The notes: generated from the letters alone by a model not told the origin. 64,000 nucleotides of DNA from Eledone cirrhosa (GCA_964016885.1 OZ024763.1:23932001-23996000), one strand, 5' to 3'; positions 12,545 through 25,088 are shown, numbered from the stretch's first letter. Numbers and translations are program-made.

Positions 12545-14612
12545 TGTACATCCACGTGTGAATGTGACATAATGAATGTGTGTATGTATGTGTGTGTGAA
12601 TGTGACAATGAATGTGTATGTATGTATGTGTATGTGTGTATATCTATGTGTATGTATGTGTATGTATGTATGTACTCGTATGTGTATGTATGAATGTGTG
12701 TGTGTGTGTATATGTGCGTGTGTGTGTATATGTGTGTATGAATGTATGTGTATGTATGTGTCTATGTGTGCACGTGCATATGAATGTGACATAATGAATG
12801 TGTATGTATGTGTATGTGCATCTGTGTATATCTATGTGTATGTGTGTGGTGTATGTGTGTGTATGAATGTGTGTGTGTAAGTGTATGTGTGTATGAATGT
12901 ATGTGTATATATGTGTCTATGTGTGCATGTGCATATGAATGTGACATAATGAATGTGTATGTATGTATGTGTATGTGCATCTGTGTATATCTATGTGTAT
13001 GTGTGTGGTGTATGTGTGTGTATGAATGTGTGTGTGTAAGTGTATGTGTGTATGAATGTATGTGTATGTATGTGTCTATGTGTGCATGTGCATATGAATG
13101 CGACATAATGAATGTGTATGTATGTGTATGTGCATCTGTGTATATCTATGTGTATGTGTGTGTATGAATGTGTGTGTGTGTGAGTGTATATGTGTGTATG
13201 AATGTATGTGTATATATGTGTCTATGTGTGCATGTGCTTATGAATGTGACATAATGAATGTATGTGTATGTGTATATCTATGTGTATGTGTGTGTATGAA
13301 TGTCTGTGTGTGTAAGTGTATGTGTGTATGAATGTATGTGTATATATGTGCCTATGTGTGCATGTGCATATGAATGTGACATAATGAATGTGTATGTATG
13401 TATGTGTATGTGCATCTGTGTATATCTATGTGTATGTGTGTGGTGTATGTGTGTGTATGAATGTGTGTGTGTAAGTGTATGTGTGTATGAATGTATGTGT
13501 ATATATGTGTCTATGTGTGCATGTGCATATGAATGCGACATAATGAATGTGTATGTATGTGTATGTGCATCTGTGTATATCTATGTGTATGTGTGTGTAT
13601 GAATGTGTGTGAGTGTATATGTGTGTATGAATGTATGTGTATATATGTGTCTATGTGTGCATGTGCTTATGAATGTGACATAATGAATGTGTATGTATGT
13701 GTATGTGTATATCTATGTGTATGTGTGTGTATGAATGTCTGTGTGTGTAAGTGTATGTGTGTATGAATGTATGTGTATATATGTGCCTATGTGTGCATGT
13801 GCATATGAATGTGATATAATGAATGTGTATGTATGTATGTGTATTTGCATCTGTGTATATCTATGTGTATGTGTGTGGTGTATGTGTGTGTATGAATGTG
13901 TGTGTGTAAGTGTATGTGTGTATGAATGTATGTGTATATATGTGTCTGTGTGCATGTGCATATGAATGTGGCATAATGAATGTGTGTGTCTGTGTGTATA
14001 CCTATATGTGTGTATGTATATGTATGTGCGTCTGTGTATATCTATGTGTATGTGTGTGTATGAATGTGTGTGTGTGTGAGTGCATATGTGTGTATGAATG
14101 TATGTGTATGTATGTGTCTATGTGTGCATGTGCATATGGATGTGGCATAATGAATGTGTGTGTCTGTGTGTATGTATATGTATGTGCGTCTGTGTATATC
14201 TATGTGTATGTGTGTGTATGAATGTGTGTGTGTAAGTGTATGTGTGTATGAATGTATGTGTATGTATGTGTCTATGTGTTCATGTGCATATGAATGTGGC
14301 ATACTGAATGTGTGTGTCTATGTGTATACATATATGTGTGTATGTATATGTATGTGCGTCTGTGTATATCTATGTGTATGTGTGTGTATGAATGTCTGTG
14401 TGTGTGAGTGTGTATGTGTGTATGCATGTATGTGTATGTATGTGTCTATGTGTGCATGTGCATATGAATGTGGCATAATGAATGTGTATGTATGTATGTG
14501 AATGTATGTGTCTATGTGTGTATGTATATGTATGTGGCATAAGGAATGTGTGTGTCTGTGTGTATACCTATATGTGTGTATGTATATGTGTGTATGTATA
14601 TGTGTGTATGTG
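12545..14612. repeat. Complex TG/TA-derived satellite with ~135-160-bp higher-order unit
   Basis: Marker GCATATGAATGTGACATAATGAATG recurs at regular intervals in a TGTA/TGTG background. Confidence 0.9.
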
Positions 14613-15226
14613 TAAGGAAATACGTTTAAAATTAATTAAATTTACAAAACGAAACACCGGGACATTGAGAAACGAACCAGTTTGAACCAGTTTACACTGT
14701 ACCCAGATCTCTTTCAACCTCACCCCAACCAACTTACCCACCAACGTGCACCGAACGCCACCACCCCCAGCAACACTTGTAAAACTGTAAGGGAGCGGGA
14801 GGGTTACCGAGGAAGGAGGTGGAGTAGGAGGAAGATGATGGGGAATGAGGAGGGGGAGGGGGAGGGGGAGAGTAGAGTAGAAAAAGGGTATGATGGTGAT
14901 GATGATGCTGAGGAGAAGAAAATAGTGATGATGATGATGATGATGATGATGATGGTACTGAGGAAGAGGAGGAGAAAAGAGGAGTAGTGATGATGATGAG
15001 GAGGGTGAGGAGGGGGAGAAGGAGGAGGGGTTTTATGGCAAATTTCCGTGCCTAATTATTTATAGTTGATCAACTTATTTCACACCTCCCCCTCCCTCCC
15101 ACCATCACTCACCTTTTCTATCCCATCCCTTCCCTCCCTCTTTCTCCACCCCTCACCCACACATCCTTTCCTCCTCAAACCATCCCTCAATTTCTCTCTT
15201 TCTCCAAACCCTCACACACTACAACA

Positions 15227-15268
<42 letters not shown>

Positions 15269-16172
15269 CCGCTCTCTCTCTCTCTCTGTTCCTCTCTCTC
15301 TTTCTCTGATCCTCTCTCTCTCTGTGTTCCTCTCTCTCTCCCCCTCTCTCTCTATGTTCCTCTCTCTCACACTAGCTCCATCATCATCTAAATAACACCC
15401 CCTTCCATTGTGTTTCTTTATCTCTTTATCTCTCTATCTGGATATGTGTGTATGCGTGAGTGTAGATGTGTGTGTATGTTTGTGTGTATGCGTGAGTGTA
15501 GGTGTGTGTGTAGATGTGTGTATGTTTGTGTGTATGCGTGAGTGTAGGTGTGTGTGTCGATGTGTGTATGTTTGTGTGTATGCGTGAGTGTAGATGTGTG
15601 TATGTGTGTGTGTATGTGTGTATGCGTGAGTGTAGATGTGTGTGTGTCTGTGTGTGTGTGTGTGCGTGTTTATGCGTCTAATATATTATCCAATTGAAAA
15701 AGTCAAAGGTCTTCCAGTGACTCGAACTTGGCTAAAATATTGGGGCTGAACTGGAAACAACAACAACAACAACAACAGCAACAGCAACAACAACAACAAC
15801 AACAATAATAATAGGGGGTATGGCATGTGTCCAGGAGTCAATTTTATAATTAACCAGTCTTTTAAAAAGAGCAAGAGGGTGGTGGTGGAGGGTGGGTTTG
15901 AGGGTGGTGATGAGGTGAAGATTGGAAGGGGGCGGTGGTGATACAGTGATGTGCATATTTACGAACTGCCACTTACCCTCTCTCCCTCACCAAACCTTCC
16001 CCTCCACCATCCACCCAAATTTCCATTTATGGTTAATTACTTAAAAGTATTCCTCCAATGACCTCAATGTCTACACAATCAAATTTCAAATAACTCCACT
16101 TCCTTCCCTTCCCAGCCACCACTGACACCCTACATACATATATATATATACAAGCATTATATATTCATCTAT

Positions 16173-16239
<67 letters not shown>

Positions 16240-16258
16240 AATATATAAACATAGATGA

Positions 16259-16298
<40 letters not shown>

Positions 16299-16400
16299 TA
16301 TATATATTCATAGATGAATATAAAATGCTTGTATATATATATATATATAAGCATTATATATTCATCTATGTATATATGTGTGTATATATATACATATATA

Positions 16401-16790
16401 TTTGTCAAGGCAGAATTCTAGGAGAAGGAAAACTCTGATATAACACCTGCAACCCTGATGGTATCCAATGATGTTGACTTGTTCTTCTTTTTGGTAAATA
16501 TCATCTTGGTTAAGAGAGTGGGACTGGCTTTGTGCAGTGCCTTTGCTCACTATAAAAGCTTCACAGCACAGGCATTGCTTTATATCTGGAGATCTCTCTG
16601 CACTTGTCATCACATGGTACCATGGGCCCTGCACTATGTGTCAATAATGGTCACAAGTGTAGTCTTTGTACCAGAGTTTTCAAGTCGCTGGCTGGACTAA
16701 AAAGTCACATTCGTTCAGCGCATCGGTAGGGGTTCTCCTACATGGATATAAAGTAGTGGCCGTACTCGAAAACGAGTTGGCAGCCACCAT
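16401..16790 (+). mobile_element. Non-coding interspersed repeat family C (RTE 5'UTR-like)
   Basis: Highly similar to the reverse complement of 56472-56860; contains CTAGGAGAAGGAAAACTCTGA; flanked by (TA)n. Confidence 0.75.
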
Positions 16791-17159
16791 ATATATACAT
16801 ATATATATATATGTGTGTGTGTATATATATATATGTAAATATATATAGAAATGTGTATATATACAGACACACACAAACATACACATATATATATAAAGTA
16901 GTACAGTTAATACAAAGCATGGTGAGATATGTACTAAATAACTGATAAGTTTCAGAAAGCAGGTACAATGTGGTAGAAATATATAAAGAGTAAAGGATGA
17001 CAGATAAAACAAATCAAAGTAATGTTTTATCCAGTATATTTCAGGGTTATAACCCTCTCTTCAAATGGGATATGGAAACGATTCAAAACAAAAAAATAAA
17101 CAAGTGTTCTTTTTTGTTTTGAACCATTTCTGCTTCAAACACACACACACACATACATA

Positions 17160-17620
17160 TATAAGATACAGAGATTAGCGTTGTTTCGAAAATAGCAGAG
17201 AATTTGAAAATTAGATAGTGAAAATAGAGTTTCCCTTGTATTTTTGACTCAGTAAATTAGCCTAATAGTTGGAGCTATAAAAACCCCCAGATTGGAAAAA
17301 AGATGAGCAATTACGTACATGAGACATGAACTGACATCTTTGGCTATCATTACCACTGTGTTACCATTACACCAATACGTCACCCCTCAAGTTTCCAATC
17401 AATTTGAAGCTATACGATCATAGCATATACATATATATATATAAGATAGAGAGCTTAGCTTTGTTTGAAAATTAGCTTTGTTTACAAACAGCGGAGAATT
17501 TGAAAATTACATAGTGAAATAGAGCTTCCATCGTATTTTTGACTAAGTAAATTAGCCTAATAGTTGGAGTTATAAAATCCCACATATTGACAGTGGAAAC
17601 TCTATTTCACTATCTAATAA
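17160..17620. repeat. ~125-bp dispersed direct repeat (17160 and 17440) with a terminal inverted segment
   Basis: AGAATTTGAAAATTAGATAGTGAAA...AGTAAATTAGCCTAATAGTTGGAG twice; 17596-17618 is an inverted copy of part of the unit. Confidence 0.75.
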
Positions 17621-17717
17621 AAGATGTCAACATGAGTGGACCTATTATTTTTATCTAAAGACATTTTTTCCAATTCCAACCCACCTGTCCCTTCAATCTA
17701 TCTTATTTCTCATTCTT

Positions 17718-17845
17718 TCTTCTGATGAAGGACTAGCGTCCAAAAGGTTAAGATCCTCTTCCTGTTATTTCAAGTGTTAATCTAATATATTCCTTCCATA
17801 TACTGTACCAATTGTGTTGTGATTTCTGTTTGCCTTTTACATACA
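17718..17845 (+). mobile_element. pLTR-like fragment with inactivated hammerhead (homolog of 44828-44954)
   Basis: TCTT-CTGATGAA-GGAC-TAGC-GTCC-AAAAGGTT-AAGA (GAAAC mutated); downstream ~90 bp aligns to the minus copy at 44828-44918. Confidence 0.7.
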
Positions 17846-17958
17846 TATATATATATATATATGAAGTAATTCCGTCGGAAAGGTCCAGGAAAAAAGAGTG
17901 CTCTATGTAGGTTACAGAGCTTAATAGTTATGTAATAAACAACATAAGGTAATTATTT

Positions 17959-18013
17959 CATTTACCAGTGGTTTCTTGAAAGCAAACAAATTTTGCCTTC
18001 AATCATCAGAATG
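17959..18013 (-). ncRNA. Type I hammerhead ribozyme (left arm of foldback)
   Basis: Minus strand CATT-CTGATGA-TTGAAGGCAAA-ATTTG-TTTGCTTTCAA-GAAAC-CACTG-GTA-AATG. Confidence 0.85.
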
Positions 18014-18096
18014 AAAAAATCCTGGTGTATTTATTGACATTGGATTTTAAAAACCTATTTTAAAATCCAATGTCAATAAATACACCAGGATTTTTT

Positions 18097-18151
18097 CATT
18101 CTGATGATTGAAAGCAAAATTTGTTTGCTTTCAAGAAACCACTGGTAAATG
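18097..18151 (+). ncRNA. Type I hammerhead ribozyme (right arm of foldback)
   Basis: CATT-CTGATGA-TTGAAAGCAAA-ATTTG-TTTGCTTTCAA-GAAAC-CACTG-GTA-AATG; 11-bp perfect stem II. Confidence 0.88.
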
Positions 18152-18179
18152 AAATAATTACCTTATGTTGTTTATTACA

Positions 18180-18225
<46 letters not shown>

Positions 18226-18435
18226 CATTTGCAAAGAATCAGAACAAATACTGCAAATCATTCTATCCAAAGTTCTAACAACTCGTTGAATTTGTCGCTT
18301 ATATATATATATATATATATTTAAATTAAAAAGCTCTGTACAATACATAGAGCACTCTTCTTTCCTTTACCTTTTCTATGGAAATACTTAACACACACAC
18401 ACACTCATATATATATATATACGTATATAGTTAAA

Positions 18436-18550
18436 TATAGAAATGGCTTCTACAGGACTAGAACTGTCTCATTGAAATAAAATCTTTAGGAAAGCTTGGT
18501 GATTTCTCTTGAATGAAACAGTTCTAGTCCTGTAGAAACCATTTCTATAT
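18436..18550. repeat. Inverted repeat (~39-bp arms) with GAAAC..GTC half-ribozyme motif
   Basis: ATATAGAAATGGCTTCTACAGGACTAGAACTGTCTCATT ... AATGAAACAGTTCTAGTCCTGTAGAAACCATTTCTATAT. Confidence 0.85.
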
Positions 18551-18639
18551 AAAACTTGATTTTTATACTCTACTAATGTATCAAGTTCTTTACTAACTGT
18601 GGTTACCCCTGATTGAACCCTGGACTCACACACACGCAC

Positions 18640-18702
<63 letters not shown>

Positions 18703-18764
18703 ACTGCCAATACTGGAATTGAACCATCAAGACAGTTGAGATATGTCATACATCAATTCATATA

Positions 18765-18826
18765 TTTTATCTGATGAGGACGTACTGAAAAACCAGCACA
18801 GCACCTTCGAAATATATATAATAAAA
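18765..18826 (+). ncRNA. Type I hammerhead ribozyme (AUA site) in a TA-flanked pLTR-like fragment (~18700-18970)
   Basis: TTTTAT-CTGATGA-GGA...TTC-GAAAT-ATAT-ATA-ATAAAA; stem II weak. Confidence 0.7.
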
Positions 18827-18976
18827 CATATATTTTGATTATGTGAACGTCTTCATTTATTAATATTTTGAATAATATTAATAACTCCAGAAATCGTCAC
18901 TGTAGAGTGCTTTTAATCTATTGTAAAACTATATTCATTGAGTAATCAATGAACCATATTAATCTTTGATATATAT

Positions 18977-19294
18977 ATTCTAAGGCGGGTAAAATTCCCG
19001 AGATCGATGGACGAGTTCTCTCCAGCGGTCTCTGTCTCTCATTATCGCTGCCATGTCCTGCGTCTCAAACAGATCAGTGTCTGTCCTTAGGGCACCAACA
19101 TACGTTAACCTTGGTCTTCCTCTTCTAGTGTGTCAGAGCAGGAGAGTTAGGGCGAAAAAGGTATCGGATGCTGAATTTGCCGACGACATAGTTTTGGTGA
19201 CAAATACAGTGAAGGAGGCAGAGGATTTGATGCGGGAGGTTGAGACTGTGTCGATGAGTGTGGGGCTGAGAATGAATGAGACTAAAACAAAATA

Positions 19295-19298
<4 letters not shown>
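18977..19298. mobile_element. Second RTE-like family: 3' end (-, 18977-19132) joined to inverted RT fragment (+, 19133-19298)
   Basis: Minus part matches 11308-11460; plus part encodes DAEFADDIVL...GLRMNETKTKY. Confidence 0.8.
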
Positions 19299-19343
<45 letters not shown>

Positions 19344-19562
19344 GTGTATATGTGTGTGTGTGAGTTATGCAGTGGCGATACGTGCGTCACCAACCAATAA
19401 ACGTAATGAAGAAGTAATCATTCGTCCTTGTTTTATCTTACTATAATACACCCTGTCTAGCTCTACACCTTGACACAGAAGTGAACCTAAACATCCAGTG
19501 CTCACCCGTGAACCTACAGTAACTCCACATTACACTCCCTGGATATATATATATATATATAT

Positions 19563-19761
19563 ATATAAGGTAAAAAGATGAAATCGAAAATGCAACTGGA
19601 GTCTTTTTAAGAATATTTATTTGTTTCCTTTACCGCTTACCACAAACCCTCCATCCTCAATTCTACTTTTGAAAAGCATAAGAACTGTGAAACCGGTAAA
19701 GGAAACAAATATTCTTAAAAAGATTCCAGTTGCATTTTCAATTTCATCTTTTTTCCTTATA
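19563..19761. repeat. Inverted repeat (~78-bp arms) with hammerhead 3' half GAAAC-CG-GTA-AAGG
   Basis: 19563-19644 is the reverse complement of 19686-19761 with few mismatches. Confidence 0.85.
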
Positions 19762-19804
19762 TTTTCACTCGTGTAGGACATCTCATTTTTTTTCATTTTC
19801 TTAT

Positions 19805-19813
19805 ATTTATATG

Positions 19814-19865
<52 letters not shown>

Positions 19866-20289
19866 AATGTATGTTTTGAACTTTCAATTTTGGCTTTTAA
19901 GCACATTGTAATCATATACATATATATACAAATATATATATATACAAATATATACATATATATATACAAATACATATATATATATATATATATATACAAA
20001 TACATATATATATATATATATATACAAATATATATATATATACAAATACATATATATATATATATATATATACAAATACATATATATATATATATACAAA
20101 TACATATATATACAAATACATATATATATATATATATATATATACAAATACATATATATAAATACAAATACATATATATATATATACAAATACATATATA
20201 TATATATATATACAAATACGTATATATATATATATATATAAATACATATATATATATACAAATACATATAAATATATATATAAATATAA

Positions 20290-20327
<38 letters not shown>

Positions 20328-20360
20328 GTATATATGTATACACACACATATATATATATA
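19805..20360. repeat. (TA)n with CAAATACA interruptions
   Basis: Direct inspection. Confidence 0.9.
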
Positions 20361-20553
20361 AACTGGTGCGATTACAAAAAGCTTCCAGTCTATTAGGAAT
20401 AAAGTAATGAAATGGTGAAATATAACAATCATCAAAATGAGGGTCAGTTTTAAACAGTTTGGTATCAAAAAGGTTAACAAGACCTTGGTCCCAGATATAC
20501 CAGTTGAATCGAACAGACACAGACTCACAGAGGAGAAATTCCAAGGACTGTAC

Positions 20554-20679
20554 CTTTATATTTTTCCACTATAACTTCATATTTTCCTGCTTGGAAGTGT
20601 TTCCGGAATAATTCTTGTGGTAAACTCCATATCTGGCGACCTATCTGGTCCTCTATGATTGCGCACGATGTGTTTAAGG
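20554..20679 (-). CDS. TNFR-like gene, cytoplasmic exon ([42 protein letters not shown]); donor uncertain, alternative end at 20529
   Basis: tttcag acceptor, in frame with the preceding exon (CGA G|CC); candidate donors AAG|GTACAG (20554) or TCT|GTGAGT (20529). Confidence 0.7.
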
Positions 20680-20837
20680 CTGAAACACAAGAGATGGTGA
20701 AGATATGAGTAAGAGAGAAAGACAGAGAATGAGTGAGTGAAAGTGTGTGAGAGAGAGACAGACAGACAGAACAGTGTGTGTGTGTGAGCGTGTTGGACAT
20801 GTAGCTGTTCTGAACTGGATAAAAAGTAAGGGAGTCA

Positions 20838-22217
20838 TATTGGATCAAGGAAACAATGTGTCCATTGGTCTTTCCATTGTTGATATTATCTTTCAGTCAC
20901 AAGTCCTGACAGAAGAAAGAAGCTGATTGTCAGATCAGACCAATGAAACTATGTCTCCATTGGTCTTTCCATTGTTGATACTATCTGCCAGTCACAACTC
21001 CTGACAGAAGAATGGAACTAGTCATCAGATCAGACCAAGGAAACAATGTCTCCATTGGTCTTTCCATTGTTGATACTATCTGTCAGTCACAACTCCTGAC
21101 AGAAGAATGGAACTAGTCATCAGATCAGACCAAGGAAACAATGTCTCCATTGGTCTTTCCATTGTTGATACTATCTGCCAGTCACAACTCCTGGCAGAAG
21201 AATGGAACTAGTCATCAGATCAGACCAAGGAAACAATGTCTCCATTGGTTTTTCCATTGTTGATACTATCTGCCAGTCACAACTCCTGACAGAAGAATGG
21301 AACTAGTCATCAGATCAGACCAAGGAAACAATGTCTCCATTGGTCTTTCCATTGTTGATACTATCTTTCAGTCACAACTCCTGGCAGACGAATGGAACTA
21401 GTCATCAGATCAGACCAAGGAAACAATGTCTCCATTGGTCTTTCCATTGTTGATACTATCTTTCAGTCACAACTCCTGACAGAAGAATGGAACTAGTCAT
21501 CAGATCAGACCAAGGAAACAATGTCTCCATTGGTCTTTCCATTGTTGATACTATCTTTCAGTCACAACTCCTGGCAGAAGAATGGAACTAGTCATCAGAT
21601 CAGACCAAGGAAACAATGTCTCCATTGGTCTTTCCATTGTTGATACTATCTTTCAGTCACAACTCCTGACAGAAGAATGGAACTAGTCATCAGATCAGAC
21701 CAAGGAAACAATGTCTCCATTGGTCTTTCCATTGTTGATACTATCTTTCAGTCACAACTCCTGGCAGAAGAATGGAACTAGTCATCAGATCAGACCAAGG
21801 AAACAATGTCTCCATTGGTCTTTCCATTGTTGATACTATCTTTCAGTCACAACTCCTGACAGAAGAATGGAACTAGTCATCAGATCAGACCAAGGAAACA
21901 ATGTCTCCATTGGTCTTTCCATTGTTGATACTATCTTTCAGTCACAACTCCTGGCAGAAGAATGGAACTAGTCATCAGATCAGACCAAGGAAACAATGTC
22001 TCCATTGGTTTTTCCATTGTTGATACTATCTGCCAGTCACAACTCCTGACAGAAGAATGGAACTAGTCATCAGATCAGACCAAGGAAACAATGTCTCCAT
22101 TGGTCTTTCCATTGTTGATACTATCTTTCAGTCACAACTCCTGGCAGAAGAATGGAACTAGTCATCAGATCAGACCAAGGAAACAATGTCTCCATTCGTC
22201 TTTCCACTGTCAGTCAC
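20838..22217. repeat. 95-bp minisatellite, ~14 copies
   Basis: CAAGGAAACAATGTCTCCATTGG recurs every 95 bp (21036, 21131, 21226...). Confidence 0.95.
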
Positions 22218-22311
22218 ATCCCTTGAAAGGAACAACAAGAAATAAAATATTTTGCTCAAGAACCTAACATGAGCTTTCTAGCCTGGCGATCCAAGAACCG
22301 AACTCACAATC

Positions 22312-22515
22312 TTATGCTGTCGTCTTTCATGCGCATCACGTGGCCATACCAACGTAGTCTTCTCTCAAATAAACAGCGTCTGATCCCTTTTATTCCTAAT
22401 TTCTCACTTAGTTCATTTATGCTTTGCCATTCATGTATATTACTATTACACATCCTACGGAGCATGCATGCTTCGTTCTTTTCCAGTCTGCGCAGGTCCT
22501 CTGCACGTAATGCCC
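22312..22515 (-). mobile_element. RTE fragment
   Basis: Encodes the ALRAEDLRRLEKNEACMLR...RLRWYGHVMRMKDDS region on minus. Confidence 0.85.
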
Positions 22516-22663
22516 ACTATATATATATATATATATATGTATCATTTGATATTTAATATACTACTATATCATATCTACCACCCACTGAACCTTCTCAACA
22601 CACCCGAGAGTGGTAGGCCCACTTTGAGAAACTCTGCCCCAGGCTATACGGCACCCCTCCACA

Positions 22664-23705
22664 CATCATCGTCATCATTTAATGTCTATCTTCCACGCTA
22701 GCATGGGTTAGATGGGAATTGTCCCACTTGAGGCAAGATTGATTGGGTGACCGTGTCTCACTCGTATAGGACTGTCTGCCCTTCCTAACACCAATCGCAT
22801 TTACAGTGTGGGCTGGGACCTTTTTACCGTGACACCTACAGGACTACATTACAGTGTGGACAGGGAGCTTTTTACCGTGACACCTACCGGACCACTTTAT
22901 AGTGTGGACTGGGAGCTTTTTACCGTGACACCTACAGGACAACTTTATAGTGTGGACAGGGAGCTTTTTACCGTGACACCTACAGGACAACTTTATAGTG
23001 TGGACAGGGAGCTTTTTACCGGGACACCTACAGGACAACTTTATAGTGTGGACAGGGAGCTTTTTACTGTGACACCTACAGGACAACTTTATAGTGTGGA
23101 CTGGGAGCTTTTTACCGTGACACCTACAGGACAACTTTATAGTGTGGACAGGGAGTTTTTTACTGTGACACCTACAGGACAACTTTATAGTGTGGACAGG
23201 GAGTTTTTTACTGTGACACCTACAGGACAACTTTATAGTGTGGACTGGGAGCTTTTTACCGTGACACCTACAGGACAACTTTATAGTGTGGACAGGGATC
23301 TTTTTACTGTGACACCTACAGGACAACTTTATAGTGTGGACTGGGAGCTTTTTACCGTGACACCTACCGGACAACTTTATAGTGTGGACAGGGAGCTTTT
23401 TACTGTGACACCTACAGGACTACTTTACAGTGTGGACTGGGAGCTTTTTACCGTGACACCTACAGGACTACTTTACAGTGTGGGCTGGGAGCTTTTTACC
23501 GTGACATCTACAGGACTACTTTACAGTGTGGACTGGGAGCTTTTTACCGTGATACATACTGGACCACTTTACAGTGTGGACTGGGAGCTTTTTACCGTGA
23601 CACCTACAGGACAACTTTATAGTGTGGACAGGGAGCTTTTTACCGTGACATCTACAGGACTACTTTACAGTGTGGACTGGGAGCTTTTTACCGTGTTACC
23701 TATGC
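22664..23705 (-). repeat. RTE 3'UTR tail expanded into a 48-bp minisatellite (~18 copies, 22801-23700)
   Basis: Unit AGTGTGGACTGGGAGCTTTTTACCGTGACACCTACAGGACAACTTTAT is homologous to the RTE 3'UTR at 29557-29615 and contiguous with an RTE tail. Confidence 0.9.
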
Positions 23706-23770
23706 GACAGTATGAAACAAAATAAAACAAAAGCAACACGCAAAAAAAAACCCAAAAAAACAACACAAAC

Positions 23771-24025
23771 CTCGTTTGCAATAATTTTCGTCTTTTTCTG
23801 CATTTTGTATGACCTGAGTGACAGCAGCATCTAATTCCTCCTGAGTCCGAGGCCTCTTCTTCTTGTGTGTGCGAGACCTTGGTCGAAGGAAGCAGAAATA
23901 GTAACAGCAACCTATGAGCAATAATATAAAACATGTTACACCTACACATCCTGTAATGATGGCCGTGTGGTTGGACTCCTCAACTTGGGGTTTTTCTGTT
24001 GTCAGGTTGTCACAGTTGACAATGT
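23771..24025 (-). CDS. TNFR-like gene, transmembrane exon
   Basis: ttttgcag acceptor, GAG|GTTTGT donor, 255 bp phase 1-1; encodes DIVNCDNL...AIITGCVGVTCFILLLIGCCYYFCFL-RPRSRTHKKKRPR (TM helix + basic stop-transfer). Confidence 0.9.
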
Positions 24026-24054
24026 CTGCAAAATAATAGAAAGGTAGTTATTAT

Positions 24055-24173
24055 AATGATTGTTTCTACTTTTGGCACAGGGCCAGCAATTACCCAGTGC
24101 ATTACTGGTACTTTATTTTATTGACCCTGTAAGGATGAAAGGGAAAGTTAGCTTCGGCGGGATTTGAACTCAG
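24055..24173 (-). mobile_element. SINE family B, 3' part
   Basis: Core and tail match the reverse complement of 36200-36320. Confidence 0.75.
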
Positions 24174-24449
24174 ATATGGTGGTGGAGGTGGTATTGGTGG
24201 TGGTGTGGTGGTGGTGGTGGTGGTGGTGGTGGTGGTGGTGGTGATGGTTGTAGTGGTGATGGTTGTAGTGGTGATGGTGGTAGTGGTGGTTATAATGGTG
24301 GTGAAAGTGGTGGTGATGTTGGTGGTGGTGATGGTGGTCGTGATGGTTTTTGTAGTGGTAGGGATGTCAGCATGCATGTGTGTGTATGTATGTGTGTCTG
24401 TATGTATGAATGTCAGTACGAGTGTGTGTGTATATATGCGCGGGGACAT

Positions 24450-24715
24450 AGAAATAGTCGGGCTGGACACCCGATCATACGGTTAAACCACTGGGAGTGA
24501 AGGACCCCTAGCATTTGTCGGGACATTCTTCTAGGAGAAGGCAGCTCAGGGAACTGGGATAACTCCGATATAAAACCTGCGGCTCAGTAGTTACCGATGA
24601 TGTTGATCTTTTCTTCTTTTCGGGTTATAGCTACTGTCGCTCAGAGAGTGGGATTGGCTCAGTGCACCGTCTTTTCCCACTTTAAATAAAATCATCATGC
24701 ACAGGCATTGCACGA
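24450..24715 (+). mobile_element. Diverged copy of repeat family C
   Basis: Shares CTAGGAGAAGG, GATGATGTTGA..TTCTTCTTTT, GAGAGTGGGA, GCACAGGCATTGC with 16401-16580. Confidence 0.6.
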
Positions 24716-24827
24716 TAGCATTAATTGATAATTATTAATAATGTTGTATCATGCAATGATACAACATTATTAATAATTACGAGGGGGCAGCCATTATGTA
24801 TACAAGGGAAGAAATTTAAAAACTTAC

Positions 24828-24904
24828 CTTTCATAATAGGTCCGCAGATATTATCAAATGTACCATTACTTTTCTTCCGTGTACATCGAGATGCCTTTTC
24901 GCAA
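24828..24904 (-). CDS. TNFR-like gene, cysteine-rich exon (NCEKASRCTRKKSNGTFDNICGPIMK)
   Basis: attgcag acceptor, AAG|GTAAGT donor, 77 bp phase 2-1; fits both neighbours. Confidence 0.9.
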
Positions 24905-25088
24905 CTGCAATATACACATGGAATAATAATAATATTAAAAATAATATATATATATATTCATTAGTTAAGCAAAACAAGACCACAAATTTCACAAGGAAGA
25001 CATTATTAAAAGATTGTCAACATATCTTAGTTTGATGTAAGGAGTGTAGAGAATAATAATAATAATATTAATAATAATAATAATGTCC

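Larger units (their letters stand above)
17925..18185. repeat. ~125-bp-arm near-perfect inverted repeat; diverged outer arms at 17863-17922 and 18331-18390
   Basis: Arms are reverse complements with ~1 mismatch around a short spacer near 18055. Confidence 0.95.

Noticed and set aside
15686-15750. Possible terminal exon of the TNFR-like gene (VQPQYFSQVRVTGRPLTFSIG*)
   Set aside because: Phase fits, but the acceptor lies in a (GTT)n microsatellite and the peptide shows no recognisable similarity; unsupported without RNA data
17027-17072. Minus-strand hammerhead-like TTGAAGA..GAAAT with paired stem II
   Set aside because: Core C is mutated and there is no clean cleavage triplet; at best a relic
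19365-19545. Possible solo-LTR fragment with AATAAA
   Set aside because: No second LTR, PBS/PPT or target duplication visible
20838-22217. Tandem hammerhead array on the minus strand of the 95-bp repeat (CTGATGA...GAAAG in many units)
   Set aside because: Stem II is offset, no NUH site is consistent with both stems I and III, and GAAA is absent in several units; a formal descriptor search could revisit it
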